Below the pieces are notes generated by a model that was given only the letters and a program-made list of their open reading frames with translations, was not told the origin of the DNA and did no database searches. From Klebsormidium nitens (lineage: Eukaryota > Plantae > Klebsormidiophyceae), in NCBI GenBank assembly GCA_000708835.1, contig DF236964.1, positions 248,001 through 312,000 of the forward strand: a stretch of 64,000 nucleotides of DNA, written 5' to 3'. A program made the translations under genes and the position numbers. This document shows, one piece after another, positions 23,176 to 36,000 of this stretch (position 1 is its first letter; every line of letters begins with the position of its first letter).

Positions 23176-25387
23176 GGCTGCTCAAAAAGGGGGGTGAAAG
23201 AGTCAGATTTGTAAAATGAGAGCTGACGAGGGATCAGAACCGAAAAGGTCCTCAGAGATCCACTCCCGAGCTCAGTTCCTCACAAAGAAAATGGCCTGCC
23301 TGGGCTTCGCACCAAGTGCTATCAATGTCATCTACTGGAGTCTGAATAGCCCATGAGCTGTTTCCTACCGTAGGCGTGTAACCGCGTGTTCCTAGGTCAT
23401 CTGCGTGAGCACTGTGCTTTTGATTGCGGTCTAATGGCGCCAGAGCGACTGTCAAGTCCAATACGCTATGTCTTGAGGTGCAGATCCCGGAACGTCTAGG
23501 CTGCGCCAAACTCGTACACTGACTGATTGCAGGAGTGGTACTGGTAGGCGGTGGTACCAAGAATGAAAACCATAGAGTGGAGTCTGGAATGCGCTACCTA
23601 GTGTACACTCATTGTGACTGGCTGAGCCTACTACCGGTAACTACTCCAGTGTGTCTACTGGCCGGTACTCAAAATCCGGCGCGTCGTGTCACCTGACACC
23701 TTCAATGCGGCAGTTCAATGATTGAACCGGTTAGTTGCCGTTATTTTAGGGACCAAAGCCGGGCTCGACCGACCGGGGCTCAACTAATCCTGAGCACGCT
23801 GTAACTCATGTGGTTTGGTTATACATAACCGTTTCCGGAACCCAGCTTTGATTGCCCCCGTCCTGAGCGCTGCTTTTAATCTTCGGTTTGCTTGGAACCC
23901 TCAGATTGAATGAGGGTTTGATCACTTTTACGCGGCAATGTTTATCCGGGGACAAGGAGCTGTACCTACTACCGACCACTAATAGTAAAGGGGTTACCCC
24001 GATCGATGTCTGACATCTGTCTCGTAGAGATGGGAGTTGACTTCTTGGTTGGACAAGTGGCAGAACTTGACGGAGTTGCAACTCGCGATGGAGCTTGAGC
24101 CGTCGATAACACTTGGCATCATAGCGTACAAGCATCACCAGTACATATATCTTGCCGCTAGCGATCAGGAGTAAATGCGCGGCTTTATAGGCCTGGTTCA
24201 GCCGTGCAGCACACCGAGCCGTACGATAAACCCGCATATCGACACGATCGATCCTACGGCAACTCACGAAACAGGGGGTCGTTGACAGTTTCCTGCGACT
24301 GCATGGCGCCAGAACCGCGTACACGCGCTAAGGTACGCAGTACACTACTGGCTTTACTGCTTTTCTCAACACGTCAAACAATACGTGCACATCATTACCC
24401 AAGAGTCTTTCTACCAGCTAAGTTTTGCGCCAAACCTGATACCCAAGTAGATATGTACTTCTGACTGTTGAAGTGAATATCTGAGAGAGTCCTCAACTTT
24501 CTGAGTGGCGCAGTAAACAGATACTTTTCCCACTTTCTTTCCATTGTTTTCTTTGTTCAGATACGAGCGCTCGTATGTGGTCATATACATCAAGCGCCAG
24601 CTGGCGTAGTGAATCATAGTGACAATTTCAGTAAGTGCCCAGTAGGCTCCCAAGCAAGGGCGGCCTGAACTGCTCATTCAAAGAAATATCTCTGCACCAA
24701 TCGAAACGCTCTCCCACATACTATTTGTTACAAAAGTGTCTGTCTGTATGCAAGCTGCTGTTTGATTCGGATGGAGCTGGCATCTTCGTATAGACAGAGG
24801 ATCACTGGGTGCATAGGCGGAGTCAGCAATATTGTGGGGCGTTATATATCAACAAGCTACTGAGCACAGTCGACTGCTTTGGAACTGGGTTAGGGCTACA
24901 TTCACAAAAGGTCGTATGCGATCAAGCAAGGCAGTCCGGCCTTCATCAAAGCAATGATCGAGAGTCTTTATTCTGAGAAGCCAACTTAGCTCCTTGAAGG
25001 TATCAGCGGTGCTTAATACACGCCGCCAGAATTTAAGATGGCTGAAAGCCTTGGACGTTCAAACACGGGTCAGACAGGATCGGTGTTTTGCCACAGAATT
25101 TGATCTTGCACAGCTCAGCTTTGTACCAATCTGCACATTTTGGGACGATCAGGAAGACAGCGTGGTACTAAAAAGCTACAGTCCTCCATTAATTGTGTCA
25201 AGCACGGATCTGCGCTAAGAGCCTTGAACACGGCCAAGGTGCAAGCATAGACACTGCATTGCTTTCCTCGCTTGCGAGAAGCAATGGCAGCGCTGAGGGA
25301 GATGTGCCCGGGAAAACAAAAGCCCAAGTAGTATACGGTAGACTGCAGGACTCGGCAGGTTCTGTAGATTCGCGCATTTCACAACAG

Positions 25388-28300
25388 ATGGAAGGAGGGG
25401 GTGCACCGGAAACGGTTGCCGAAACGGCCGTGCGAGAGGAACACGAGATGGCTTCAGACCCACAACTATCTCTGGGAGCAGAAGGGTCTGTGTCGAGACT
25501 CCAGGCATCAAAGTCGGAGCTGGAGTCACCGAGTTCGACCGCACAACTGCCCGCGCAAACCACTGAGCGGGTGCCACGTGGCAGCTCGCAAGCTCCACAC
25601 GTGGACAGCGGGGTGGAAGTTCCCACCAGCAGCGGGCCCTCGACGCCCGCAAACAACCGCTACTCCCTACCCCGTAGCCGGCCGACGTCTCCCGTCCCCA
25701 GCTTGAAGAACTTCGATTCCATCCGCCCGAGCTCGCCCCACCGACCCGATTCTCCGTCAGAACCCAGCCGAACCGTTTTAGAAAAGGCCTCCGGCTCCCC
25801 GCGCACAAACTCTCCGTTCCTCCAGAAAGCCCAGAGCTTTGGCCGCGCGAACGTCTCGGCGAAGCGGATCAGTTCGATGCTAGTTGAGAAACGGGGTCCC
25901 TCGGCCTTACGGGCAGATTACGAAGACGACCAAGTCTCGCCGCGCGCGTTTGAAGTGAAGCCGTTAGCGGATACGGATGGATTGTGTGCGGTGCTGTATC
26001 ATTACCTGTGGAGGAAAACGAGCAAGGCGAAGGGATGTCCTGGGCTGAGTCTGCCCGATACGATCGTTTATCGGTACCGGCAGCCGATGCACTGGTTCTT
26101 CACGAGCGTGCACGATGGGCAGGTGAGTTAAGCTCAACCGCCCATATGACGAATTTTTGAACCCAGATGAACACCACAGAAGTTGCCAACTCAGAGATCT
26201 GTCATGGGGCACCCATGCTTGGCATCAATTGACAAGGCTCTTCGTTTGGTCGCATGAAAAAGCTCCTCTGGGGCCTCAAACGCTGTTCTGTCCTTCAACT
26301 TATCACAGCTATATCATCTTCCTCTCGACATTGCCCGGGCCATTTGTTCTGCTCTTTCTGCCCCCTGCCCCACTCTCCCTGGGCGTAATTCAATCTGTGA
26401 GCTGACCAGTCTAATCGAATGGAAGTTTTCCTCCTCCTCTAGTTGATGAAGAAGAACCGGTCCAACGTGCTGAACCGCCTCATCTTCGAGTCGCTGACCA
26501 AGTCGCGCGGTCGCGTTTCGGACATTGTCGCATGCCACTTGTACACGGACGACGAGTTGGGAGACCGGACAAAGCGTCCGAATGAGCAAGTCACACACGT
26601 CGAGTTTTTTGACGAAGCGGGGCTCAGTGAGTGATCCTTGGAGGACTGTTCGGGACAGTCGCAGCAAAGATGATGATATGAGATGACGCCATGAGATCGG
26701 TCTTCTTTGCATGGAAAACAGGGGCGTGCGGTTTCTATTAAAGTGTGTCCTTTGAAAACGGCACATACCGCCAGACAAAGTTAGTGAAAACCCGCTGCCG
26801 CTCTTCTTGGCATACTCTGGTTAGGTCACCATCGTTTGACCAACATTCGTAGCTCTTCCTTTGCAGAGAACTTCCTGTTCCACGGCGAGAAGCAGATGCA
26901 CGGTGTCCTGCAGCGGTTCGTCGAGTCGAAGGGCGACCGCAACAGTGAGTCACAACCCTCCAGGTCGCCAGAGTTCGTGAGCTCGGGAAATAAAAGCCCT
27001 CTTGGACGAATTTTAAATGGCTTTCGCGATCCAAAGTAGTGGACGAAGTGCAAAACATGAAGTCAAAAGGATGCTGCAATCTGCTGGACAGGCTGCTTCC
27101 GATAGCGCATCCGCATGAGATTCACTGTTGCCAGCAGAACTGAGCAACTGTTTCCTTATTTCTCTCTTACGGAATTGATCTTCAACACAAGACCGTCAAG
27201 CGTAAGGAACCCTTTGCCTTTGAAGTTTGAAGACAGCTCAGGTCTGGATGATTCGACGTGTTGTGGTGGTAGCTTCTGCAAGGGACGCGCAGCGGTTTCC
27301 TGCCGGTCTCGTCGCCGGAACGTCAAAGGCAGTCCTGGTAACATTCATGACAACTTCTTCTGGCGACCTTGCAGCGTTGATACAAGCCATGTGGTCGCCG
27401 CAAGTGTGCCTTCTCGAGCGGCGGATCAACCTGCGGCGCATCACAGACCCAATGAACGAAGTGAGCATCGCTGAAAGCTGGCATCGTTGTCAAATCCTCG
27501 AGCTCCAGTCTGTCTTGACCAGTCAGAGCGCTTAAATTCGACACGTGAACCCCTGCGGTATGCACCTGGCAGCCATCAAGCAGGCGCGGTATCGTACCCA
27601 ACCACGTTGTGTCAGAAGTGCGGAAACTGTTATAGTCAGGTGCTTGAAGATCCTGTTAGATGCTTTGTAGCAACTGAACAGAGTGTAACGCGCAGACGGT
27701 TCCGCTGAGCTCTGCGTTGCGTTCTTCTTTGGCCTTCAATGTATACGGGTTCGCGCAAGGGTTTAAGGACTAAGGCCCGTCTCAAAACTGCGGTTCCGCT
27801 CAACTATGCTTGATGAAATCCGCTTGGCTTGGCAGCTGCACGAGAAGGCGGTCACGTTCGAGGGTGGGGAGCAATTTAGCGAGTCCCTTGCGGTTCCGGC
27901 GGACGCGCTCGCGACGGAGGTGCAGGTGAGCCGGAAACGGAACGCTTCTTGCAACCTCTAGAAATTCTCGTTAAAAGCATCAGCCGATAACGCTGATACG
28001 GAAGCAATCCTAGATTCCACAAAATGATTGTTCCTACTCTTCGATGTTGTCAAAATCCAGAAGTAGAACGGGTGCCTTCGCAAGGAGCAGGTTGACAACC
28101 GGCAGCATTGTGAGCGGTGTGCTCTGAAAGTTGGGATACAAAGTTTCTACTCCAAAGTTGACAACGATACGCAGAACGCTACCCTTAATGGGCGATCTCG
28201 GACTACCAGAAATCAGCATGTGTCCGAGACCTTCTTGGTTTCCTTTTCTTGCGATCCAACTATGCCGACAAGCCAAGTCAGCTCAAACTCACGTCGCCGT

Positions 28301-30972
28301 CTCGCGGCGTATCTGCAAGCACATTGTGGAGCTCTGTGAAGTGAAATTATGTAACTTTCGATGCTGTAGAAGCACTCTTCTCAAACCAGTGTCCTCATTT
28401 CGCAGCGTATCTGCAAGCACATTGTGGAGCACATCGCGGAGACGTCGTCGGGGCAGTCCCTCATCTCGCGCATGGTGCTGCACTTCAAAGTGGACGCCAA
28501 GAACAAGGTGCGCCACGCCTAGTTGTTCCTCACCCGCACGAAAGGCGTCTCGTTACAAATACAATTGGGCTGGGATGGGCTTCAGTCTCAGAATCCGGAT
28601 GCCGCAAAACGGATCGGATTGTGCCGTAAAACGGACCCGATTGCCACAAATGCTTACACACAAGGAAAGAGGTTGTCAATCTTACCTTTCGGAAGCAATT
28701 ATCCCCACTTGAAAGCCCAACAAGTTTTGCAGAGGCCAAGAAACTCTCCCTAGCAGTCTTTCTTGTTCGCTTTTGGCGTATTGTGAGCCACGCGAGCTTC
28801 ATGTTGGATGTGAACTTTACTGACATAGAATCCCGTCGTCTTGCTTCCCAGATCTGGCTCCTCTGGTGCAGCTCAATCCGTCTGTTCCGGGGGCCTAAAA
28901 TCGGGCGGCACGTGACCCCCCTGAATCTGGACCCCCCCTTCCAAGTCAAGAGCGCCGCAGACGCTGAGAAAAGCTCGAAGCACGGGGGATCCCTTGGTTC
29001 GGGGGGGCTCTGGTTCGTGTGTCCCGGATGCGGCGAGACTTACGCCAGCGACAGGAAGTGTGACGTCACCTACAAGGCGGTCATCTACCACTGGCAGAAG
29101 GTGCGCGCGACCACACGGGCTGGGTCTGAATCCAGCACTCGCCCATTTTCTCTTTTCTCGAAGCACTGTCACCGACAACCTTAAGCAAAGGTCACTTTCA
29201 AAAAGGCACTTGAACTGGAGAGATAGAATTGGAAAACATGAAAGTTCCGGTCTCATTTCATGACGGAACGGAACGAAGCCGATCCTCCTGCTCTACCTTG
29301 TGCCGACGAAAAAGAATTGAAAAGAAGACCAGGGGCCTTTAACGTCCTTCTATCTCGTTCGCACGTAAACTGATAATCGCACTTGCTTTCTCTCCGAAAG
29401 GACTTTCGCTTTCGTTTTTGCCCGGAGTGCCTATCAGCGAAGCACATTCCTCCGAACATTACAATCACCTTGAATGATTGTTGCAGACGTGTGCTTCTCC
29501 CGGGCGAAACTCCATTCCCTCGGTCATTGCCAAAACCAATTCTGGGCTCTCGGAAGCCCGGTACGCCATCCTCCAAGAGCACCCGGTCTTCCTGTACAAG
29601 ACCGTTCCGCTCTGCGAGTCGTGCTGCACGGAACGGAACAACGCGATGCTAGCGGAATTGGCCGCGGTGAATCCCGCTAGCGACCAGGGGGAAGCGCCCC
29701 TTGGGGGCCGTCGGTTGGGAATACCAAGCCTGGCGGGAGCATTCAGAAAGCTGGGAACGAATAAGGTATAGATCACACCATTCTTCTGGAGTAAGCTCCT
29801 CTTCTCACAGAGAGCGCTCAGGAGCGCCTTTGTCAAGGCGCTTGTTCCTGTTCTCACAAAAAGCGCGTGGGTGCTGTTAAAGCGGGTTCAATTCTTGTGG
29901 ATCTTTGTCGAATCGAGTATGCATATCCACGTGCCTTTGAAACCGAGTTCGACGAGATACTTAAGATCGCAGACGCGCCGCCACGCGTCGTTCCTGTCGT
30001 GTTTCCTTGTGCACCGTCTCAACAACAAGTTTAACGATCTTTTGGATATCAACTGCGGTGTTTGCTTATCCTTTTCAGGGCTCCGCGAGCACTGCTCGCG
30101 CGCGCATGCCCGCGACTTCGCGCCCCGCGCCAAAGCCAGCCGCGGCGGCCGCGCTTCGGCCGCGCCCGCGGTCGGCTTTCGCATCCATGAAGCGGAGTGC
30201 AAGCGGAACGAAAAATGTGGACGAAGCCTCAGGTGCAGACGCGCCCAAACCAGAAATGCAAGCGGAAAGAACGGAAGAGCGGAAAGAAGAAAGTGGGGCC
30301 GGAGAGAGTCGGAAAGACGAACTGGATGGAGAGATGGAGGACGGAACTAGATCGGAGGACACTGGAATCGCCAAGGGAAGAGATGGGATGGATGTAGGAA
30401 GCGGAACCTCAGTACTAGTACAAGAAGAAAGCGGAGGGCAGAGTTCGGTAAAGAAGAAAGGGGATGTGACGGACCGGCATTTGAAGGACGGAACGGAAAC
30501 GGAAGTCAGTGAGAGAGAGGATGGCGTGGGTCGTGGAGCAGAGGCGAGAGAAATGACGTCAGCCGAGGCGACAGGACAGTTCCGACAGCAGACAGACGCG
30601 TCGCCACCAGAAACTACTGCCGGCGGAATGCGGAGGACTTCTGAGCGGAATGGTGGGGACACGGAACGGAAAATTAGCTCGAACTGCGCAGAGACGACTG
30701 GCGGTGGAAAGGGATTGGGAAACTTGGCTGCGGAAAGCGGAGCCAGCTGCCCGGGTTCCGCTCGAGGAAAACGGAACGTTACGGATGCCCACGTTGTCAA
30801 ACGATCCGGGGAAAAGAAGAGCGACGCGAACGGAACTCAGCAGCGGAAACCGAGCGGAACGAGTGGGCGGAAAGAGGGGACGAGCAAAGCCGCTGACGGC
30901 TCCGCCGTAGATCGAGCCAGGGCTGTGTACTCCAAAAAGATCACCCCGCTCTGGGCCGTTCCGAAGACGTGA
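25388..30972 (+). CDS. Uncharacterised protein: disordered Ser/Pro-rich N-terminus, degenerate ATP-grasp-like core, split CPGC/CESC Cys pair, low-complexity C-tail; 9 exons
   Basis: Exons ~25388-26122, 26443-26626, 26867-26944, 27375-27460, 27836-27925, 28406-28507, 28852-29100, 29487-29765 and 30079-30972 are GT-AG and phase-compatible. Core: LYHYLW...LPDTIVY...HWFFTS...LMKKN...DIVACH...EFFDEAGLKNFL...[33 protein letters not shown]...AVTFEG...[26 protein letters not shown]. The start codon is uncertain because the frame is open from 25193. Confidence 0.8.
28295..28335 (+). repeat. Copy of the start of exon 6 of the ATP-grasp-like gene, with the acceptor mutated to CGG
   Basis: ctcgcgg|cgtatctgcaagcacattgtggagc at 28308 versus ttcgcag|cgtatctgcaagcacattgtggagc at 28406. 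Confidence 0.85.
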
Positions 30973-32719
30973 TAGAAGCATTGCTCTTTCCGTTCAGGCC
31001 CGACCTGACATGTTCTCAGGGTCCGAGTTGACTCACGTTGTCCGACGTTTGTTCTCGGTCAGTACATATTTTAGGCCGTGCGCGCTCCAAGAGTTGAACC
31101 GTCTCTGAGTCCGCTCGCAGTGAACAGCTTAGCTACACGAGTTGGTATCGAATTGAGGACCTCTACCTGTCATTGTTGAAGTTGGATCCTTTGCCATATT
31201 GGCGCTGCGGGTCACTCGCAGCGTGGAGCCTCGGAGCGTGTCGATCAATGTGTGAGCTAGGCGGCCCTGGCACAACATGGCAACGAATCCATCGGCCGAT
31301 GTACTATATATGCGTGTGCGCAGGTTGGATGTACACATGTATGCAACATAGCAGGCCGATGCATGTAGTTAAACTTTGATCAAACTGATCTGAGACGGTC
31401 ACCGTCCGGACTCAACGTACAAAACGCACCCAATGCCAGATCGCCGTGCGCTGCTGGCGACCTGGCATTGCGCATGCACGTACCGATGCCTGATCCGCAA
31501 ACAGATCAGCATGACGATGCATAGTGCCAATTTTATGGCGGCGTATGTGCAATCGGTGATGGTGCAACAATGTGCGACGCGTGACCGCGTCCCTTAGCTA
31601 GCCTGTGCACTGCCATATTCGACTTGGCAGTAGCAGGGACAGAATTGGCCCGCTGCAATCCTAGCCGCGATAAGCTCCGAGGTCCGATGAGGCTCAAACT
31701 CTTATTTCCACATGAGTGGCTGATATACATCATGGCATTTCATGGAGCAAAGTTGCATGGACTTGCATGACCAACATGCCAGTGGCAAAAATGAAGCTTA
31801 ACGGAAAATCCAAGTGATAATGTCTCTATAGTACATCGATCTTCACTGCCAAACTTAGTGACTACGACAACAAACTTTGGTACAACTGATCCTAATAGTA
31901 GTCGCTTGCTAATCATCACCCTACGTCCTATACCTGATCGCTTTCTGAATCTCTGGACGAATGGACGATCTGAAGCCGTTTGAATGAACGGATGCGATTA
32001 CCGCATCCTGAAATGGACGTCCGTGCGGCCCCCCCGGTAACAGGAACTAACTGGAAGTATGCCCCATAATATTGGGCACACCATAATACCCTTCTGTAAA
32101 CGCCGTAGACTATTACCCTGAGATGCGCATTCCTGTCACCATTGGAAGCTCGTGAAACCCGTCACCGATCGCGCTGTTGATCAGACTGCGTGGCACCTCC
32201 GTAATTCTGCTATCAACCGTAGCTCTCAAAATGTTTCCGTAGAATAGAAGGGCAGCTAGCGACTACCAAACTCTGGCAGCACACCTCGCTCGCGGAAAGT
32301 GCCTCGCCGCAGCTTGTGCCGTTTGTTTACCCGCTTGCCTACGTATGCCGTAAGCGACCAATGTCGATCGCTGTCCCGTCAAAATCAAATTCAAAGCTGG
32401 TCGGAGCAACCCCTTTTGGCTACCCCAGAAAAATGAGAAACTAATCGTTTGTCTGTATATCACAGTGATCTTAGCCTAGTCCGAACACGAAAGCGCCTCT
32501 CTTGTAGCCCCAGATTACCGCCGCAATTTTGCACCCAGACTTTGCAACGCATGAGCGCCCACCTTTTTCCCCTTCCGTTGAAACCGCAGGGCAAAGCTCC
32601 GGACTGCCGAACAAGCCCACTCTCTCAAAAGCCCAGCACGGCCTTATTCGAAGCAGAGTCCCGAACCTTTCACGCCACTCTCAACCAATCCCGCTAAACC
32701 CGCTCCGCTTTAACCGTTT

Positions 32720-33060
32720 CCACTAACCCACCCCCGCCGACCCGCTCCTCTGTTCGTTTATTTACAACCCCGTCGGCAGCACCTCCTCCGCACTCGGGCG
32801 GGTTTCCCCTAACCCACCCCCGCTGACCCGCTCCTCTGGTCAACCATTTTACAAGTCCATCGCCAGCACCTCCTCCGCGCTCAAACGGGTTTCCGCTAAC
32901 CCAACCCGCTGACCCGCTCCTCTGGTCAACCGTTTGCAAACCCATCGGCCAGCACCTCCTCCACACTCGGGCGAGTTCCACTAACCCACCCCGCTGACCC
33001 GCTCCTCTGGATAACCATTTTACAAACCCATCGCCAGTACCTCCTCCGCGCTCGGGCGCG
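32720..33060 (-). repeat. Four ~86-bp tandem units spanning the kinase stop codon and proximal 3' UTR
   Basis: The ctaacccacccc..gacccgctcctctg anchor occurs at 32723, 32809, 32896 and 32981; on the minus strand each unit carries a g(c/t)ggaggaggtgctg..gatgg..ttg(t/c)aa copy of the last codons. Confidence 0.9.
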
Positions 33061-36000
33061 ATTCCGGACGTCCGCTAAGCAGCGACCGGACGAGCTGCAA
33101 GAGAGCGTCCGAACGATCGGGGAGGTCCACTTGGCCTTGCCGCTCTGGGCCGGAGCGCGGCAGCTGCCGGCCCGTCGCCCACTCAAAGATCATCGCGCCG
33201 AAGCTGTACATGTCGGCCTGTAACAAGGGTTGATGGAAAGGTTAGGGAGGGGCTAAAGAAGGGGTTAGAAAGGCATTGGAAACGAATAATCTTACAAGTA
33301 TGAGTGTCGGGAAGGTGCGCCCCGTCGCCTACTCAAAGATCATCGCACCAAAGCTGTACATGTCTGCCTGCAACAGGAGTTGATGGAAGGGTTAGGGAAG
33401 GGTTAAGGAAGGGGTTAGAGATGAATAGGAACGGGTTAGTATGAGTGTCGGGAAGGTGCACCCCGTCGCCCACTCGAGAGATCATGTGAACCCGACCTGT
33501 ACATATGGCCTGGAAAGGGGGTTAATCAAGGGTCAGGGAGGGGTTTAAACGAGGGGTTAGGGAGGGTTCAGAACCAGTTACGTCACTGCTGAGATTGTTG
33601 AGATGTGCAACCGAGTCGCGCCCCCAAAGACCGTCATGCCAAAGCTCAATATTTCGGCCTGCAACGGGTCGTTGAAGGGCTTACGGAAAAGCTAGGGAGG
33701 GGTTCGGACGTGGAGTACTGGGAAGGTGTAGCCCTCTAGAATAACATCGGGCGAGGTTCGGGCATGTCAGCCTTGCAGGGAGGGTAAGAATGCGGTACGG
33801 AGAAGGCTGACCAGGATTTAAGCAGGACTACAAACAGTTGAGTATTGCTGGCCCGTCAATAGACTCAAGAATGAAACGCCAGGATTGTGTGTGTTGGCAG
33901 CGACGAGAAATGCCGTATGCTTTGGGTTGCGAAACAAACGGCTGAGACAAGCGTGAAGTTATAACACCCCATAAGCACAGTAGCGACGTAAGGTTTCTTG
34001 TATGTATGTATCAGATCCTTCATGGCGCCATCCACGATCCGAGAAGAAGAAGTTCGATCTTGTCAGATTCAAGAACTTCCTGCCTCAATCCTTCTCTACA
34101 AGCAGAACCACAGAACGGTTAAACCCAACCAGAAGACAGCCTCCCTTTCCTCCCTCCCCCTTCCAACTTAAGTACGCATTTTTTTTTTTGAACCGGTGTG
34201 ACAACCCACAACCAGCAATTTGACACCAAACCCACCTCCGGGCCCGGCTCGTGCTCTCGCAGCAGTTCCGGTGCCACATAAGCGCCGTCCCCCTCCTCCC
34301 ACTCCCACTGCCGCCTCAGAACCGCCAGCCCGAAGTCGCCGATCTTGAGCGTCCCCTCCAAATCGAGGAAGATGTTCTCGGGCTTGATGTCAAGGTGGAG
34401 CACGCACTTGCTGTGCAGGTACTGCAGGCCGGACGCGACCTGGAAAAAGCATTTTTGGGGGGTCAGACAAAGCGCGAAGGCGCCACTGATAAAAATATGC
34501 ATGAAAGGGTTGAATTCAACCTCCCCAAAAGGTTTTCCTCTAAAATGGTTCTGGCCCTACTTATAAGTCTGGCGCCATGCAGAACCAAGAAAACACAAAG
34601 TTGACACTCCAAAACCTGGTGTTGAACTTTTTCTAGAGGTAGAACATCTGCAGCCTCGAAATCTCTTTTGAATATTGAAAGAAGACCTGTCTGTGGAATA
34701 GCCCCGAAATAACGTCGCTCCAAAAGCAAACGCGATAAAGCGCCCGATTCCAAAACTAGCGTCGAACAATCACCTGGCGCACCCAACCCCAGATGCGGTC
34801 CTCTTCCAGGGGGGTCGTTTGGCTGGCGGTCCAGTCCTTGAGGTTCCCCCCCTCGCAGAGCTCCATCTGGATGAAGAAGTGGCCCTCCTGCTGCCAGCCC
34901 CGGTAGTACTTGACCACGTTCGGGTGCTCGGAAAGACACGCGACGCTCTCAATCTCGTGCAGATACCGCTCCCTGCAAAATTGTTGGATTTCACGTCAAA
35001 CAATGAGTAAAATTGGCCACTCCGCTGTATTCTGAATCATTAGGGCGCTACAAAGAGCACTAGCGGGTACACAGTCTGACTTGGAACGCAGAGGTGAGGT
35101 CGCAGTACGACCATTTTGTTTGGCGCGGAATAAAGGTCCGGATAGGTGCGGGCACAATGAACTTGGCTGACTGGCCGGTAGGTTTTGCAACACTACTTTC
35201 TTGTTGGTAAGTGGTGAGTTTTAGCCGCAGAAACATAGAAAGGCGGGTCAAGCTTACAAGCGCAAGTACCATGGCCCGCAGAGAAAGTTATCAATGTGAG
35301 TTGACACGCCTGCTTATCCAGCTTTTGAGGCTCGATCAGTTGTCGATGATCAAATCGACGAGAAAACATATCTGGCCAGCGATATGCTGTCTGGTACAAG
35401 CCTCACAGACATCAATGACTTGACTTTAGCGTCCTAGAATCGCAGTCCCGACTACCGTTCACAGCCAAAACAACGCCAACATTTCAAGCTCTTTTGTCGC
35501 TTTGATTCCTCGACTTGGCCCCTGGCCATCACTTCTCTTTCGACCAGTTCGGAGCCCGCCGGACTTGAACGTAATCTGAATTCCGTGACCTCACCTATCG
35601 TCTCGGCCCTTGAACTCGCGCTTGCTCTTCTTGATCGCGCACAGCCCCCCGCTGCGTCGGTCCCTTGCCTGGTACACCGTGCTATACGATCCGCGCCCGA
35701 TGACCTTGAGAAACTCGAAGTGCTTGTCGAACAGGAAGAAGGACTGCGTGCGCTTGAGGGCGGTCGTCATCAGCAGCTTCGTCTCCATCAGGCTGCCCTG
35801 CCGCGTCATCCTCGACTGCCTGCACGGGGCGGAGGGTGACGTCAGCATCACACTTGTTTTGGGTCAACGTGACGTCAGCAATGGGTGGAAAAGTGCATGT
35901 GGCGTGATGAGCAGTTTCGTCTCCATCAGGCTGCCCTGCCACGTCATCCTCGACTGCCTGCTCGGGGCGATGGGTGACGTCAGCATCACACTTGTTTTGG

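Noticed and set aside
30075-30800. Long antisense ORFs, also 25198..25656, 37605..38213, 38045..38800 and 42424..43026
   Set aside because: Shadows of GC-rich, low-complexity exons on the opposite strand.
33230-33570. GGGTTAG(GG) clusters resembling interstitial telomeric repeats
   Set aside because: Not a regular tandem array; on the transcribed strand they are CTAAC(C) branch-point-like tracts within the duplicated acceptor units.
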